Assembly (NCBI RefSeq): GCF_009914755.1
Contig: NC_060934.1
DNA from: the human T2T-CHM13v2.0 reference genome, Homo sapiens
DNA length: 64,000 nt
Reading direction: 5' to 3' (one strand)
The notes under the pieces were generated by a model, which saw only the letters and a list, made by a program, of their open reading frames with translations, searched no databases and had not been told where the DNA came from. The position numbers and the translations under genes were made by a program. Shown here in pieces: positions 50,003 through 62,835 of the stretch (its first letter is position 1; each line of letters begins with the position of its first letter).

Positions 50003-51054
50003 CAGTGCATCCTCATTATTTGTGGATTCCATATTTGTGAATCTGCTTGCTTGCTAAAATTTATTTGTAAACCCCAAATCAACACTCATGGCACTTTCAC
50101 AGTCATTTATGGAAATGTGCAGAGTGGTGAAAAATTTTATTTTCTTGATGCACATGTTCCCAGCTGAGATTGAACAAGGTGACACTCTGCAGTATTGTTT
50201 CAGCTCTGCTATTGTAAACAGGTGTCTTATTGTGGTCTATTTTTGCATTTTTGTGCTTTATTTGGCAATTTTGCTGTTTATGGCTCCCAAGCATAGTGCT
50301 AAAGTGCTGTCTGGTGTTTCAATGTGCAAGATGGCTGTGATGTACCTTACAGAGAAAATATGTATACTAGACAAGCTTTGTTCAGGCATGAGTTATAGTA
50401 CTCTTTGTCATGAGTCCAATGTTAATGAGTCAATAATGTGATACATGCAGAAAAAGAAAGAGAAAATTTGCCAGTCTGTAAGTAAAGCCACTCTGGAAAG
50501 TGCTAAAGTAACATGTATAGTGCATAATGAAGCCATGGAAAAGATTATAAAGTGTCTAAAATTGTGGACTATTAAGATGATGATTGATTTCTCAAAAGCA
50601 TAATGTACAGCACTACCATGATGGTGAATGTCAAATAAACTTACTGTTACATCACTCAGGGTCAGGAAAATGTTACAGACTTCCCAGTTAATGATGGTGG
50701 CTCACACATTTGAAAAAGTGATATAGCATGAGAAATGTTAAATGTAGGCAAAGGAGGCTCTGAAGATCATGAGGCCATGGAAAAATTTTTTAAATACCTG
50801 CTAAGTAGTATTATACAGGAAGATTTATGTGGAAGAGCAGGTCGTCAAAGCTGATAACACTGGCTCATCTTACAAGAAGTTGTCAAACAAACTTATATAA
50901 TGCCAACAGAATCTTGGCTGATAAAATTGTTGTGACCAGAGGTTTTCAGAACCACATCCTATATTTCCCTGTGTAGCAATAGTTCACTATTCATTACTTC
51001 AGCATTCTTAGCAATTTATAGAGCATAGCTACCACAAATAACAAGAATTGACTG
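50003..51054. mobile_element. Tigger6-like TcMar DNA transposon
   Basis: TA|CAGTGCATCCTCATTATTTGTGG start and CCACAAATAACAAGAATTGACTG end form terminal inverted repeats. Confidence 0.82.
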
Positions 51055-51073
51055 TTTTGAATCATCTGTGGAT

Positions 51074-51123
51074 CTGTTTTTATCATTTGTCTTTCCCCTT
51101 GGTTATTGATCACATGGTCCTGT
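51074..51123 (+). repeat. Copy 1 of a dispersed 50-bp direct repeat (copy 2 at 52672-52722)
   Basis: CTGTTTTTATCATTTGTCTTTCCCCTTGGTTATTGATCACATGGTCCTGT; 1 substitution and 1 indel relative to copy 2. Confidence 0.95.
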
Positions 51124-51964
51124 TTCTACATCCCTAGTAAATCATTACTATTTAAATATCTTTAAAACACTGCAGAGTTTCAGCTGATCTTATCTTTCAC
51201 AGGTAGATTCGCCCTTTCCTCTGATGGGCAAATGGATGTCAGGAGGCTGGGATGGGGTGGCTAATTTCCTTATTCCGGTCAGGGACTGAATGGGTCAAGC
51301 CTGGGCTACACTTTTCATAATTATCAGCCTCAATCTAATTTCCTCCTATTGTTAGGTTGTGGCCATCAGGAAACTTAATTGAGAGCCCAACTTTCTTTTT
51401 TTTTTGGAATGAGTAACTGCAGAATTTTTTGCTCTACTTTAAGGAGATTTTTGGCTTTGCATCTTGACTCACCACTTTTTATAACTTCAGAATTTGGCAA
51501 AGGTATTGAAGAGGATATTGGTTATATGTTTGAGGCTCCTCAAATCTTCAATTTTGTCACTTCAGCCCACTATGACTGCCAAAATCCAATTCTGCTAGTT
51601 TATCTCTCCCATAGCAGTGGCCCTTTGCCAAGGCCAAACCTGGATTTGCAGATTTTAGATGTGCTCAGATTAGCAAGTGCTCAGGGGGAAAACAGTTGCA
51701 GATAGTAAATGTTGCTTCATGACTCCCTTGAGGGCTGTATTCATTTGCTAGGGCTGCCATAACAAAGTGCCACAGACTGGGTGGTTTAAACAACAGAAAT
51801 GTATTTTCTTTCAATTCTGGAGGCTAGAAGTCTGAGATTAAGGTATCAGCAGGGTTGGTATCTTGTAAGGTCTCTCTCCTTAGCTTGTAGATGGCTGTCT
51901 TCTCCCTTTGTCTTCATGTGGTCTTCCATTTGTACCTGTGTCTGTGCCCAAATATTTTCTTCTT

Positions 51965-51965
<1 letters not shown>

Positions 51966-52009
<44 letters not shown>

Positions 52010-52128
52010 TGAGTGTGTCTCTCTCCTATGTTACTTGGGGCTGATCTGGAACTCCTGGCCTCAAGAAATCCTTCCATCTCAGCCTCCTGAGTAGTACAGA
52101 TTACAGGCATGAGCCACCATTCTGGGTT
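51966..52128 (-). mobile_element. FLAM (Alu monomer) with a T41 tail
   Basis: Pure T run 51966-52006, then GAACTCCTGGCCTCAAG...GATTACAGGCATGAGCCACC. Confidence 0.88.
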
Positions 52129-52296
52129 CCTAATTTCCTCTTCTTAGGAGGAAACTAGTCATATTGGATTAGGGGCCATTCTGATGATCTTATTTTAATT
52201 ATCTTTTTAAAGATACTGTCTCCAAATCCAGTCACATTCTGAAATACTGGGGGTTAGGGTTTCAACATATGAATTCAGAGGAGTCACAATTCAGTC

Positions 52297-53021
52297 TGTT
52301 ACAGGTGACAGGTATCCCAGTTACTGGTGGCAAATTCCAAACAGGTCTGTGGCAACCTCAATTCTTGCCTCCTCAGAAAAAAGAATTCAACTGAGGGGCG
52401 TAAGGCAGAGAAAGAGATCCAGGCAAGTTTCAGAGCAGAAGTGGACGTTTATTTAAAAAGGCTTTAGACCAGGAAAGAAAGGCACGTGTGCCTGGAAGAG
52501 TCCCAACTGGGGATGTGAAGGTCAAGTGTGGTGTTTAAACTTATCTTAGGACTTTAGAGGCTGGCTCCTTTCCCATGATGCTTCCCTTAGGGTGGGCTGC
52601 CCATATGTGCAGTGCCCTCCTTACCCTGGCAGGTGAGCACAAGCAGTGTGTTTAGGGCAGTTGTACGCGTGCTGTTTTTATCATTTATCTTTCCCCCTTG
52701 GTTATTGATCACATGGTCCTGTGATCAATAGAAAGCCTCCCCACCTAAGGGTTTCTTCCCTTTTCTGGTGGAGTGTCCTGGAAGGTCATACTCTGCCATT
52801 TTGTCTCTTAGTGCACAGGCCTGGGCAGCTGCTTCTCCCTGGCAACTGTATTCAATGAACACTTTAATGCCACAGATATGGACCATCAGGAAATGGCCTC
52901 TCCCTGGTGCTGGCTGCCAATTTATCACTTCTAGAGATGCAATGTAATGATTGCCAAACCATCACCTGACATTCCTAGTGGGTGGGGAAGAGCCCCAATC
53001 AAAGCCTAACTACCTGTAAGA
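52297..53021 (-). mobile_element. MER50-like ERV1 solo LTR; target-site duplication AGTC
   Basis: GCAACCTCAATTCTTGCCTCCTCAGAA...ACCATCACCTGACATTCCTAGTGGGTGGGG...CTAACTACCTGTAA. Confidence 0.82.
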
Positions 53022-53135
53022 AGTCCATAATACTCCTGGTCTATAATTTCTCAGAGCCCATTCTCATAGTGGTTCCTTGTCTCCTAGGCACTGCAAGACT
53101 GTGGGAAATTCTACTGTTCTTTTCAGAGTTTGGAT

Positions 53136-54009
53136 TGTTAACCAAAAAGAATTTGAGACAGGTCCCAATCAATTTAGAGGTTTATTTTGCCAAGGTTGAG
53201 AACCATGTCCTATGACACAACCTCAGGAGGTCCTGAGAACATGTGTCCAAGGTGGTTTAGTTACAGCTTGATTTTATACATTTTAGGGAAATGGAAGTTA
53301 TAGGTAAAGACATAAATCAATAAATGAAAAGTATACACTGGTTTGGCCCAGAAAAAGGGACGTCTCTGAGCAGGGGCTCCCAGGTCATAGGTGGATTCAA
53401 AGATTTCCTGATTGGCAGCTAGTTGAAAGAGTTAAACTCTGCCTGAAGAGTTGAAGTCAGCATAAAGAGATGCTTGAGTTAAGGTAAGGTGGGGCAGAGA
53501 CAGGGGGAAGCCAAGGTTCTTGTCATGTAAATGAAGCCTTCAGGTAGCAAGCTTTAGAGAAAGAGATTGCTTTCCAAGCCTTAAAAGATGTCAGACTCTT
53601 CAGAAAAGACCTAGTAATGACGAGATTCTCTATAGAATGCAAATTTCCCCCACCAGAGACACTTTGCACGACCATTCAAAATATATCAAGGAAAAACATT
53701 TTGGGGTAAAATACTTTGATTTCCTTCTGTGCTTGCTCTCTGTCATGTGATGCTATACCAGAATCAGGTTGGAATTTGGTATCTTATTGCTACATAGAGT
53801 CTATTTTGCCAGGCTTAAGAGCTCTGTTTTAATGTTAATGCTTGTCAGTTACCTCTTAACTCCAAAGGGAGGAGGGTATAATGAGGCATGTCTGACCCCC
53901 TTTCCCATCATGGCCTGAACTAGTTTTTCCAGTTTCTTTCAGATCCTCTTGGCCAAGAGGGGGTCCATTCAGTCAGTTTAGGGGCTTAGAGTTTTATTTT
54001 TAGTATACA
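53136..54009 (-). mobile_element. MER4-family (MER4D-like) ERV1 solo LTR
   Basis: GAGACAGGTCCCAATCAATTTAGAGGTTTATTTTGCCAAGGTTGAG...GGGGTCCATTCAG...GGGCTTAGAGTTTTATTTT. Confidence 0.88.
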
Positions 54010-56179
54010 GGTCATAGTCCTTTCTCCTTCTGCTTCAAGCAGCTTCAACATTTAGCAAATGTCCTAAGAGAAAATGTTCTCAGTTTGAAGCCATTCCATT
54101 TCCCGTTTAAGTCACTGCATCCCTGTGCATCTGCTCCAAGCCTTATTGTATCACTTTCTTAGCTCTTGCCCTAGCATCATTGCTCTGCCTGGGCCAAGCC
54201 CAAATTTTCAGCCTCTGGCTCATGCCCAGAATTGGCAAAGGGCAGCTAAATCCTAGCTCACCTCTGCAGTGCTTTCCCCCATAGAATTTCACTGCTGCTA
54301 GTCTTCATTGTTTCTGCAGCACTCTAATGCCTTTACATATATACCTTTTGAAACTTATCAAGTTTTTCTTGTTCTTCATGGGAACATGGCTTGCATGAAC
54401 TTCTCTGTCTTATCAGGAAACCAGGGCAGTGGTTGAGTTTAAGGAGGGATGAGTAGTAACTTACAGGTGTTATGAAGACAGTCTCTGACTTAACCTGGGA
54501 GTTGGAGTTGCAGAGGTGTGTTCATATTAAGAAATCCATTGAGTTGTCCACTTAGATATACATGTGCTGGAATGTGTGTTGTTTCTAATAAAATATATAC
54601 TTTTCAAAAAGGAAAAGACAACATAGGAAAGAAAAATACAAAGCTATGTGCTAAATACAACTTTTCCAAAACTCAGTGAGAAAGTAGCTTTTATATAGAG
54701 GCTCTCATTCTTCTCCCAGTTTCTCTGCCCTTAAATACTCACTCTTCCTGTATCTTTTCCTGTGTAAAGTGCCACCCCTCTTGATGTGAGGTGATCAACA
54801 GCCCCATTCTCACTCTCTTATCCTGCCATTGGACAACTTCCCAAATCTGGGTCCTTGCATCAGGACTGGTTTCCTAGAAATTTGGCAGCATAAGTGGAGG
54901 TACCTGTTGGTATTCCAGCATGGGAAGGGAATTTGGAGCTCCAAATCTCACAGGCTTAGGTGGGGGCAGGTATATCTTCCTGCTTGGTTTTTCTGACAGA
55001 ATGATTTACAGGTACATCTGTTTAATTCATGGTACCTGTTGGTGTGTGCACATACTCCCATCTCTGAAGACATTATTAGTTCTCAGAGAAAGCAGATTCT
55101 TAAGCCGTAAGAGGAAAAATGTAGATACTCTAGTGCCTGTGAGCTGCAGAGCCCTTCCTTTTCCACAAAGTAAGTCCAATTATTATTCCTTCCTCCTTCC
55201 AGATTGAGACATAGGGGGCCTACCGGCATAAGAAAGAGACCATATGCCCCTTCATCAAGGCTCCCTCAATTACGCAAAGAGAAACTGCAAATGTCTACTC
55301 TAGAAAGAGCTCTTTCCCCCTCAGTCTCCATTTGGGGAAAGGGATAAGGCTTAATTTTAATTATAATTATGGTAAGGGCAGTACAGGATAGATACAAAGT
55401 GTCATAAGAATGAATTGTGGGATGTGTTTGTGTGAGACCATCATGTTGGGCCCATTTGTGACCCGTCTCTGCAGCCAGGGTCACTCTGTTTACATGCTCA
55501 TCAGATGATGTCTGCAGTGGCTGAAAACGAAGGCTGTCTAACAGCAATGTCCCAGTCATTTTGTTTCCTTGATATTTCAATGCATCTTCCAGGGTGGATG
55601 CTTTCTGGTGGGATTTACCATGAGATACAGATTTCTTTGTGCCCACACGTGTATATTTATCCATATGTCTTCACCATGTACACCCTTATCTCCAGTCTTT
55701 CAAACTTTTTCCTCCATGCTTCGAGAAACCAGTCAGAAATATATTCTCACCTTCAGCCACTGAAATGGGAGTGTATCCAAGTTGGTGGATAAGGACTGGG
55801 TTGACTGTGATGAAAGGAAATAATATGAAGTTTTTGGTTTATACCTCCTATCCTAAACACACACACACACACAACCACACATACACATTTTTCTATAAGC
55901 ATCTCCTCCCACTCTTCTACCCACTAAAGTTAGGCTCTGGCAGCATCCTACAGGAGTAGGATGGAAGTGACACATTCAAAATCATAAAATTGGTAGAGAT
56001 ATGAAAATTGAGTATCACACAAGTTAAGAAACTTGCCAAAGTCACTAAGCTATTAAATGGTGGTCCTAAAACCTAGGATGAAAGGAATAACCATCAATAA
56101 AGTGAGTTTCGGATCTCTAGTGCCCTAAGTCTACCTCTACTCTCACATCCACTACATGCTTTGTGGAAGGTGTTCTCGT

Positions 56180-56400
56180 AGAGAAGAAAGATCACAGCTT
56201 TGAAGTTTGGCAGATTTGGGTTCTAACTGACTCTACCAATTTCCAAACATTTGTCTTTGAGCAAACTCTCAGGCCTCACTTTTCTCCTCTGTAAAATAGA
56301 ATTAATTCTATCTGATTTATAAGATTGATATTTAAATTTGCATAGAAAACAGCAGCTAGTATACTTTGAGCATGTTGTAGAAACTTAACAAATATTCATT
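56180..56400 (+). mobile_element. MIR
   Basis: CCTCACTTTCTCCTCTGTAAAATAG MIR core. Confidence 0.7.
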
Positions 56401-56816
56401 TCCATCTTAGGAAGATCCCATTATGATGGACAGAGCTACATTTTCGGTCTCCCAAGCCAGTGAGCAGCCTATCAAACAGGGCCCTTACCTAATCCCATCG
56501 ATAAACTAAGGCCTTATTGTACATCAGCCTCAAGGTTGCCATTTGGAAGGCAATTATATTGATAGCAATTAATTTCCTCAGTCCTGGCTTTCCTGTTAAT
56601 TATTCTGAAAACATACCCACATTCTGTCAATAAGCCTGCTTTCAAAATTAAAATTGTAGCAATTTTTCATCCTTAATAAAGGCTCCTTCCTGTTTCCTCC
56701 CTTCTGTTTCACAATTGAAAACATCTTAATTCTTGAGAATTTAAAGAATGTGGGAAAACAGGATGTATAGTCTTCTTTTATAACAATATAAATTTCTCTC
56801 CCTAATAATTGCTCCC

Positions 56817-56891
56817 TAAAGAAGAAAATGACCTCCCCTTTAAAGAAGAAAATGACCTCCCCTTTAAAGAAGAAAATGACCTCTCCTTTAA
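56817..56891 (+). repeat. 24-bp minisatellite, 3 copies
   Basis: TAAAGAAGAAAATGACCTCCCCTT x2 plus a third copy with one mismatch. Confidence 0.97.
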
Positions 56892-57139
56892 CCATTTGGT
56901 GCAGGGACTTTACATTCTCTGCCTTGCTCAATGTGCACACCAAAGCTCCATGTAAGTGATTGCTAACTTGTTATCCTCACATTAGAAATGAAGAAAGCGA
57001 GGCTGAGAGAGGTTGCCTCCCTTAATCAAGATCACATGGTAAATGTGAGAGTCAATATTTGAGCCTTAGTTTGTCTGATATCAATATCCATGCTTTTTTT
57101 CCATGCATGTGTTGCTTATGTGCCATTTCTACCTAAAAC

Positions 57140-57178
57140 CACAGACACACACACACATACACACACACACACACACAC
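57140..57178 (+). repeat. Imperfect (CA)n microsatellite
   Basis: Seen directly; another lies at about 55857-55886. Confidence 0.92.
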
Positions 57179-59059
57179 CCCCCACTCATGTTTATGCATG
57201 CATACAGACTTTTACTGCCTCCTATTTCTGGTCTATTGTTAAGAGAAGGAAGTAACTCTCTTCTCCATCAGCTTCTATCCTCCATATCTAAAGTCATTGT
57301 CTCCCACTAACCTCACTGAATACCCAAGAAACAGTAGTGTGAATGAAGCTTATTTATTTTCTTCATGGTATTGAAGAAAGTTATTTGCAGATTAGGCATC
57401 TTAGGGACTCATCTCAGCACTGTCACTGATTTGCTTTGTGGCTTGGGAAAGTTACTTGTCTTCAGTGACCCTTGGTTTTCTCACCTCTAGAACAAGAAGT
57501 TGTACAGGACAATCCTCCAGGTGTCTTCATCTCTTTGTCTATGACTTTTGCCTTTGTGATTTGATGTCTGCCAACCACATCTCCATACTTTGGGACATGC
57601 CATCACAGATCATTAGCATGCATCTTTCTCACCCCTCATTCTTGTTGGAGGGCAAAACAACTTTTCTTTTTTTCCTTTCCTGATAGTGCAGGAAGGTTAA
57701 AGGTCGGAGGAGCCTCTTTTCTCACTGACTCTATTTTCAAAGAAATAGTTTCTTCTATTTAAAGAAAGTGAAGTCCATTTATTTCAAAATATCTTCCCCA
57801 AATATATTATATATTATATATATATTTTTTCTAAATATTTAGAATCCCATTTCTATGGACAATCATCTTTCCTTCAAAGATTTCTGATGGGCAAGGCTGA
57901 GTCAACACAATTTCAATGAGAGAGCAAAGTCTAGCTTTTTCGGTTCAACTGTAGGGGAAAGAGATGTTGACAGGAACTCTTAGTATTCCTTGTGGTTTTA
58001 GTTCTGAAGGTGAAGGAAGGAATTGCTGGTATCTTGAGGTCATTTTTGTCTCGGCTGAAAACCATCTCCCTGATCAACTAAATGAATTTTAATTACTAGA
58101 AAAGTATGCATATGTCTTTTAGACACATCTAACTCTTTGCCTTTGGATCATATTTGGAGCCAAATTCTGAAAAAGAATGCAATATGTCAAAATGTCTTCT
58201 GTTTCCAAAGGGGAGAATAAATGATGATTCCCAATATTCATGTTGCAAGTTGTTCTCTAAATGGTAATGAGGCATCACTAGGTAAACGTTTGCTAGAAAT
58301 TTGGGAAACAAACCAATTCCATGAAGTGCAATCTAAGAGCACAATGACTGTGAGGAAGAGAGCATAATATGAAGGCAGAGGTACCAAATACACCCAAAGT
58401 AAAGTTTGGAGGAAATGGTCAAGATTTGACCATATCTGGTGAGCCTCAGCCTGGGTAGAGTCTGAGATATCATTGTATTCCTGAACAAGGAAACTAGAAC
58501 AAAAATGCTCCCACTTAAGTTTCTGTATTACTGTCCTTGTCCCAGTCTTTTGCCAGTGTCTAGGAAGAAAAGTAACAGTGGAAGAAACAGGCACACCATT
58601 CCTCTCAATATAGGAGACTCACTGTGTGAAAGGAAGGTCCATGCCCCAGGGAGGCTCTAGACCCTTGTTCATTGACCCAGGGCCCTGGTGCAGGATGCAA
58701 CCCACATAACTGTGTGTAGCAGCCCTGGACTCTCAGAGGTGCCATGTTTTCTCTTGAATTGGGACCTTGTCCAAGCCTAGAGTCCTCTCCTTCCCGCCTC
58801 CAGCCTTTTACTGGTGTGCTACACACTGTTCTCTTAGCTGTCTGCTTAAACATTACTTCCTGGGACCGCAACCTGCATTAGATGCCTGCTTTAGGTATCT
58901 CCACCTCACCACTCATAACTGAGCTGCAATTGCCTATTCTTTGATCCTCCCCATGATCTAGGGAACTCCTAGAGGCCACTGTTTTTTTCCTTTTCTGCTA
59001 TCCATGGTGCTGAGCACAGAGTGGGCACCTGGTAAAACTGTGTAGCAGAAATGAGGGAA

Positions 59060-59232
59060 TAGGTGAGGGGAGCAGGGAAAGAGAAAAAGGAAGAGAAGGG
59101 GAGACAGGGAGAGAGAGAAAAAGAGAATGTGGGAGATGAAGGGAGATACAAGAAAGAGACAAGGAGAGAGAAATAAAAAGGTTGAGAGTGAAGGAAAGGA
59201 AAAGGGGAGAGAGGAAAGGGAGAGAGAAGAGA
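59060..59232 (+). repeat. GA-rich low-complexity polypurine tract
   Basis: Seen directly. Confidence 0.9.
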
Positions 59233-60756
59233 ACTAGGTCTGCCGCCCAGGAGGTGGAGCTGGGCTTCCCTGCATCTTCACCTGCCTCCTGGCCTCCTCT
59301 CCTCTCTCACTTCTCACCATCTCATGGTCACACCTCATCTAGTCCTAGTGTGTGGATCCAACAGAACAAAACCTTCTTACCCGTGAGAAATGCACAAGTC
59401 AGAGTCTCCCTTTTCTTTTCTCCCAGAACTATATTCTAGGATTTCCATCAACAATGTCAAAACCCTAATCTGAGGAGCAAGCTAAAGCCAGCAAGACCCC
59501 TGGTCTTGGGGGTCTCCTCATTCAAGTTTACTAAGCTCCTGCTAGTGCAGAGAGCCAGGAGGATGCTGTAGGTAACATGGGCTACAGAATGAATTGTTTT
59601 ACAGAGCTTATTAAAAGTGCTTCCTTGGGGGAAATGCCCTTTTTCTGCTAGAGTAGGGGCTCCTGGTCTTGATCTAAGGCCTCTTGTTTATGACATGTTC
59701 TGGAAAAGGGTTCTGGGTCTGGAATTTCCTACTAGACCAATGAGAGAGAAATTCACTTGGTTGCTAGAGGGCTGAGAATTGAATTTAAGTTTTTACTTAA
59801 AGTTTTGATTTTTAACTTGCAGCAACAGTACCTTGGGGAGCTTGTTTAAAATGAGCAGTTCTAGGTTCCAACCCCATAGACTCTTACTCAATGGGTTGGA
59901 GAGGGGTCTGGAATTCTGCCTCCTGCTTGCTTCTGATACAGGCTCTCAGGACCTTTAGGGAGAAGCCTGACAGAGGGAGGCTGTGGCCAACTCTCAATGC
60001 AGTTCGAACCCTTTGCTTGCTGACTTTGGTTCCACTATGAGCAGGAAAGAAGATGGTGAAACCTCCAGCCATACAGTTTCTGGAGAGGGGACACTGACCA
60101 TATTTCACTTGGTGGCTAGCCCTTGGTGGGTTTGGAGTATCCAATTTAGGTCTTAATTTTGTTTCTTCCAGAACTTTTACTTCTTGCTAGGGTCTCCATT
60201 ATTGGGAATTGGGCTACATTCCCATTCTTATTACCGTCTAAGGTGGCTCCACAAGATGAGAGACACCACTCCCTCCAGCGAGGACACAAATGGTGTTTTG
60301 TGAAATAACAACTGTGCACAGGGCTGGCTTCTTCCTGGGAAGCTACAGCCTAGGTAGCAAATTAGAAACTTTGTCAGAGAAGGTGGGTAGGAGGACAAGA
60401 TGCTGAAGATCCCTCTGGTGGTCCATAAATGTGCGTTGACAAGGGCGGACTGCAGAATGTCAGCTGAGTAGGGAAGAGGGGGGTGGCAGGGAAGGGTGGG
60501 AAGGTGAGTAAGGACAGCAGGAGCTAGAATCTCTGCTTCCTTTCCCATTTCAGCTACTGAGTAGCTGGGGGATGTGGTGTCAGCCTTCTGGCTCTCAGGG
60601 CTTCTGTTTGCTCTTACAAAAATGGAGAACATACTGCTGACTCCCTTGACCCCCACCCCATAGCTGCAATGTGAAGAGTAAATGCCATGACACATAGGGA
60701 AGCACCTTTAGAAACCCACGCAAAAGTCTTCCAGCCAGGGATTTCATACATTAACT

Positions 60757-61255
60757 TGAAGGGTGCAGAATCTGCCACCCCAAAATATGCTACTTTGGCA
60801 CACAGATTATTTTGGGATAAAGGCCCTTTAAAAAAGCCAGCAGGTGCAAGAAAGGTGCTCTGACCCTCCCCGTTATCTTCCTGAAAGCAGGAGATAAACC
60901 CCCGTATGGAAGATGGCCTCCCTGTACCAGAAGGGAAAGAACATTCTTATCATCAAGGACAGGAAGTTGAGACCGAGAGAATTCTGTACAAACAGAACCT
61001 TGTTAAAATCATTCTTATCTTCCTTTAGCCTCCCCACACAGTTTACTTTTACACAATTGCCTCTTTTTGTTTGACCTGGTCTAAAAGCATTTATGTTTTG
61101 CCACTTCTTTGAGTCTTCATTTCCTTGTGAGGGCTTACAAAAAACTTTGATTAAATACATTTGCATGCTTTTCCCCTATTAATCTGTCATCAGTCAAATT
61201 CTCAGGCCCAGCTGAAAAACTAAGTGTGAAGAGAGAAGATTTTGCCTTCCCTACA
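60757..61255 (+). mobile_element. MER34-family ERV1 solo LTR
   Basis: TGAAGGGTGCAGAATCTGCCACCCCAAAATATGCTACTTTGGCA ... ATTAAATACATTTGCATGCTTTTC...CCCTACA. Confidence 0.85.
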
Positions 61256-61799
61256 CATAATAAGCAGCACAATTGCCATGGAAGATTATGTCCTGTGACA
61301 TTTCTAATGCCCGCATTTCCAGCCGCTACCTGTCCTTCCTTCCTATACGTTTCCAGGTGCTGTGTCTCTGCCTAGAAGGTCAGCTCACAGCTTCCATTGT
61401 CTCTCAGCCTAGAGTTCTTTTTTTCTACATTTGGCTTCTCAGAAGCAATCCATTTTTTGTTGTTGTTATTTTCTCATATTCTATACTCTTCTCCTTTCCG
61501 GCTTTGTTTCCCATATTCTAGAGATGGCTGCTCAATTGGTGAGTTCTTCAATAAATACCTTCTAAAAAATCATATGCCCTTCCACAGTCTATTCAGTCCG
61601 TTCTTTATTGCTTTATTTCTCTACAAAAACCAAGTGAGGCGACTCATCAAAGTGCAAGGCCTTGACTCCTGGGAAACCAGACAGATCATTCCTAAAAGGC
61701 ACTGCTACCTCCAGTCTAGAATGGTCTAGACCATTCTCCCAACACATCTGCCAACCACATCTGCTCCTGCCACCCAGCCTCTTCTGTCTATCTATCTCA

Positions 61800-62835
61800 G
61801 GCCCCAGAGTATTCCACTTGCTCTTCCCTCCGTTCTCCAAGTAGCACCAAGGCTCCCTGGCCCCCTTCATCCATGTGGATCTCAGCTCAAATGTTTCCTC
61901 TTTAGAGAGTCTTCCCTTGATTTCCACATCTTACACAGCTCTCTCATTCGACATTCCTCTACCCTGCTTCATTTCTTCTTCAGAGCACTTTAACCGGTGA
62001 TTCTCAAACCTAGCTGCAATTTAGAATCACTTGGAGAGCTGGGTAACTGCCTAGGTTCCCAAGCTCTAATCCCTGATTTAATTGGTTGTGATAGAGGAGC
62101 TGGCATTTTTTAAAAAAGCTCTCCAGGTAATTCTTATGTGGAATCAGGGTTGAGAAATTCTAGCTAAACATTGTTATATATTTGCTATTTGCCTCAACTA
62201 TTAGAATAACCATAGATTGCAAATAAATAAAGGCCAAAAATTCCTTCCAAACCTGTATACCTGCCATTTATAATGTATCTTTGATGCGTCTCCCATCAAG
62301 AGATGGAGTACCCTTTACATCTGCGCTGGCCTTGTGTCTTGATTTTACCAGTAGAATGCTGAAACACAATACTGTAGAACGTCTGAGGGAGCCTACTGGA
62401 AAGAGAAGGGCTATGTGGAGTGGGGATAAGCTGTCTCTGCTGAGGCCCTTCGAACAACCAGCTGAGAGCTAGCACCACCTGCCAGCTGGGAGTCAGGCCT
62501 TCTTAGACCACCAGCCCCAGATAAGGCGCCACATAACTGCAGGTGCATGAATGCACCCAGGTGAAACCAATAAAAGACCAGCTCAGCTAATCCCAGCCCC
62601 AATTGCTGACCCACAGAATTGAAAGTAAATGGTTATAGCTTTAAGCCATTAGGTTTTGGTGCCACTTGCTATGTAGGAATAAACTGATATAGAATGTAGG
62701 TCTCATGAGGACAGAGACTCTGTGTGGTTTCGGGTTTGTTGTTTATTTGTTGTTGCTATTCTATCCCCATTCTGTAGGTCAGTGCCTACCAGAGCACATG
62801 GTAGGTTCTCAACCACTATTTTCTAAATAATTCAA
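61800..62835 (+). mobile_element. L2 3' end interrupted by a MER5-type element (about 61995-62160) and an MLT1H/G-like LTR (about 62205-62690)
   Basis: TCTCAGCTCAAATGT..CCTC L2; GTGATTCTCAAAC...GGGTTGAGAA MER5; CCCAGCCCCAATTGCTGACCCACAGAAT...TTAAGCC MLT1; L2 resumes at CATGAGGACAGAGAC. Confidence 0.75.

Larger units (their letters stand above)
51736..53032 (-). mobile_element. MLT1A/B-like LTR hosting a FLAM and a MER50-like LTR
   Basis: TGTATTCATTTGCTAGGGCTGCCATAACAAAGTGCCACAGACTGGGTGG...; terminus CACAATTCAGTC|CATAA is split by the insertion. Confidence 0.85.

Noticed and set aside
56817-56891. CRISPR-like array (also 43841-43918)
   Set aside because: Head-to-tail repeats without spacers, in primate DNA
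56596-56943. ORF with repeated KGEVIFFF
   Set aside because: Translation of the 24-bp minisatellite
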